DNA of 48,755 bases, filler included, from Bipalium vagum (taxonomy: Eukaryota), in the NCBI GenBank assembly GCA_037834085.1. It is 2 parts of 2 records of this genome, joined end to end, with 100 filler letters (N's around TTAATTAATTAA, not from the genome) between each part and the next. Parts side by side here need not be neighbours in the genome. Positions count along the whole stretch, not along the records: positions 27,029 to 48,755 come from JBBMKC010232726.1; 1 more part is not named here. One strand, written 5' to 3'. The position numbers and the translations under genes were made by a program. Below are positions 47,555-48,755 of this stretch, in pieces. The stretch's first letter is position 1. Each line of letters opens with the position of its first letter. The notes under the pieces are model-generated. The model worked only from the letters and a program-made list of their open reading frames with translations. It did not search any database and was not told the DNA's origin.

Positions 47555-48649
47555 TATATAAACCCCAATATGTGTATGATAATATAAGATTAGGTCTTAT
47601 AATAAACATTTTTAAAAAATGATAGAAATCCAAACTAGGTCTTATGGTCGATGTAGGTTTTATATTTAAATGATTTGTAAAAAGATTTAAATAGATTTAA
47701 AACAACATTAAATGATAGTCATCTCATTTCAAGAATATAAAATAAGATCTAATTCATCCAGGATTCCTATTTGAAGTTCTTGTTCTTCAGATGATTTACG
47801 AACTACGTAGTCCTTAAATGACTTGTTAATATCTATATCTATAGGTGAAAATATTTCATTCCTACTGGGATCAGAAGCTGATCAATTCTCCTACGTGCTA
47901 AAAGCTGCTTCATTTCTTTTGCTAGATTGGTATTAGTTAAATCATAGACAAATTCCTTTTAAAGGACAAGTATAACAAAAAAACATTCGGTCGATCCATT
48001 TTCAAAGAACAGATTGCGTACTCTAAGCTCTCTCATTTCATCTCTCAAATAGACTCAATAGATTTTCCGAAGGGATTTCCATTAAATTTTTGTAATTATT
48101 ACTGGTGACACCTTCTCTTCACCTAAACAAATTCCCAAGATACAAGTTACTCTCAAGTGATAAAAGATCATAACCAATTGAAGAAGTATAATTAGTGAAG
48201 TAGCCTTATGGTCTATAGTTGTACTTCAAGATTCTCACATGTATACCGAAGTTTCATCCATTAAAATTAAATTTGAAGATAAATAATATGTATGTTTTAA
48301 TTTGTCTATAAAATCCTTATAAGTGCTCTCTTTACGCTATGGGAATCTTCAAATTTGAAGATAGTAGTTGATCTTACTAAAGACCTCCATTTTCTGTTGT
48401 TACAGAATTCTATTAAATTTTTAATTTGTGATTCCTGTATAACTTTTTCCAAAAAAAATTGTAATGTTATTTTAAAAAAATATATCTAAAACAAATAATA
48501 TTGATTTATTAATTAATTTAAAGAAATCTTTTATTTTTTGAGAGCTTATTTAAAAAGAGCATGGCTTATATATAAAAAAAGCTCAAATTAAATTAATTTA
48601 TTAACTAGAAATTATTTATTGAATAGGGTTTATATTATGGGAAACACGG
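47555..48649 (-). mobile_element. Decayed pogo (POGK/Passer-like) transposon
   Basis: Terminus TA|CCGTGTTTCCCATAATATAA at 48649; LILMDETSVY..TTIDHKATS; RRIDQLLIPVG..PIDIDINKSFKDYV (cf. IPGG..QPLDV.INKPFKD). Subterminal TAGGTCTTA motifs near 47592 and 47636; left boundary approximate. Confidence 0.8.
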
Positions 48650-48755
48650 TATCATTATTAAGAATTTTGTGCACTTTTTTTTACCAGGTATATTTGTTTC
48701 CTCGTATGTTTTAGCGACAGGATTATATTTAAGTCCCTAGAAGCTCGACTAACTG

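Noticed and set aside
1-48755. CRISPR arrays, operons, prokaryotic defence systems, tRNA or rRNA genes
   Set aside because: The sequence is eukaryotic with spliceosomal introns; no regularly spaced repeat-spacer array or structured RNA signature was seen by eye.

Overview
Very AT-rich eukaryotic (animal) genomic DNA. Spliceosomal GT-AG introns as short as 41-57 nt, (AAT)n microsatellites and abundant mariner relics suggest a flatworm, probably a triclad planarian; the taxon is inferred, not shown. Three host genes are supported: (1) a complete 5-exon Src-family tyrosine kinase (+, 1003-3629, about 518 aa); (2) an intronless 528-aa orphan ORF (-, 8931-10517); (3) the last 9 detectable exons (about 720 codons) of a multi-fibronectin-type-III protein (-, 16447-26046) whose 5' end is not found before an assembly break. 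That break (26929-27028) is an artificial spacer, 44 N + TTAATTAATTAA + 44 N, so the two sides may not be contiguous. The rest is decayed mobile DNA: several IS630-Tc1-mariner lineages (cecropia-, mauritiana- and irritans-like mariners, Tc1, DD37E-, DD37D- and DD41D-like, POGK-like pogo), two MITEs and several 0.8-1.1 kb TG...CA solo-LTR-like units. No intact transposase, rRNA, tRNA or CRISPR was seen, and no clearly new multi-gene system could be established. Family assignments rest on remembered motifs, not database searches.
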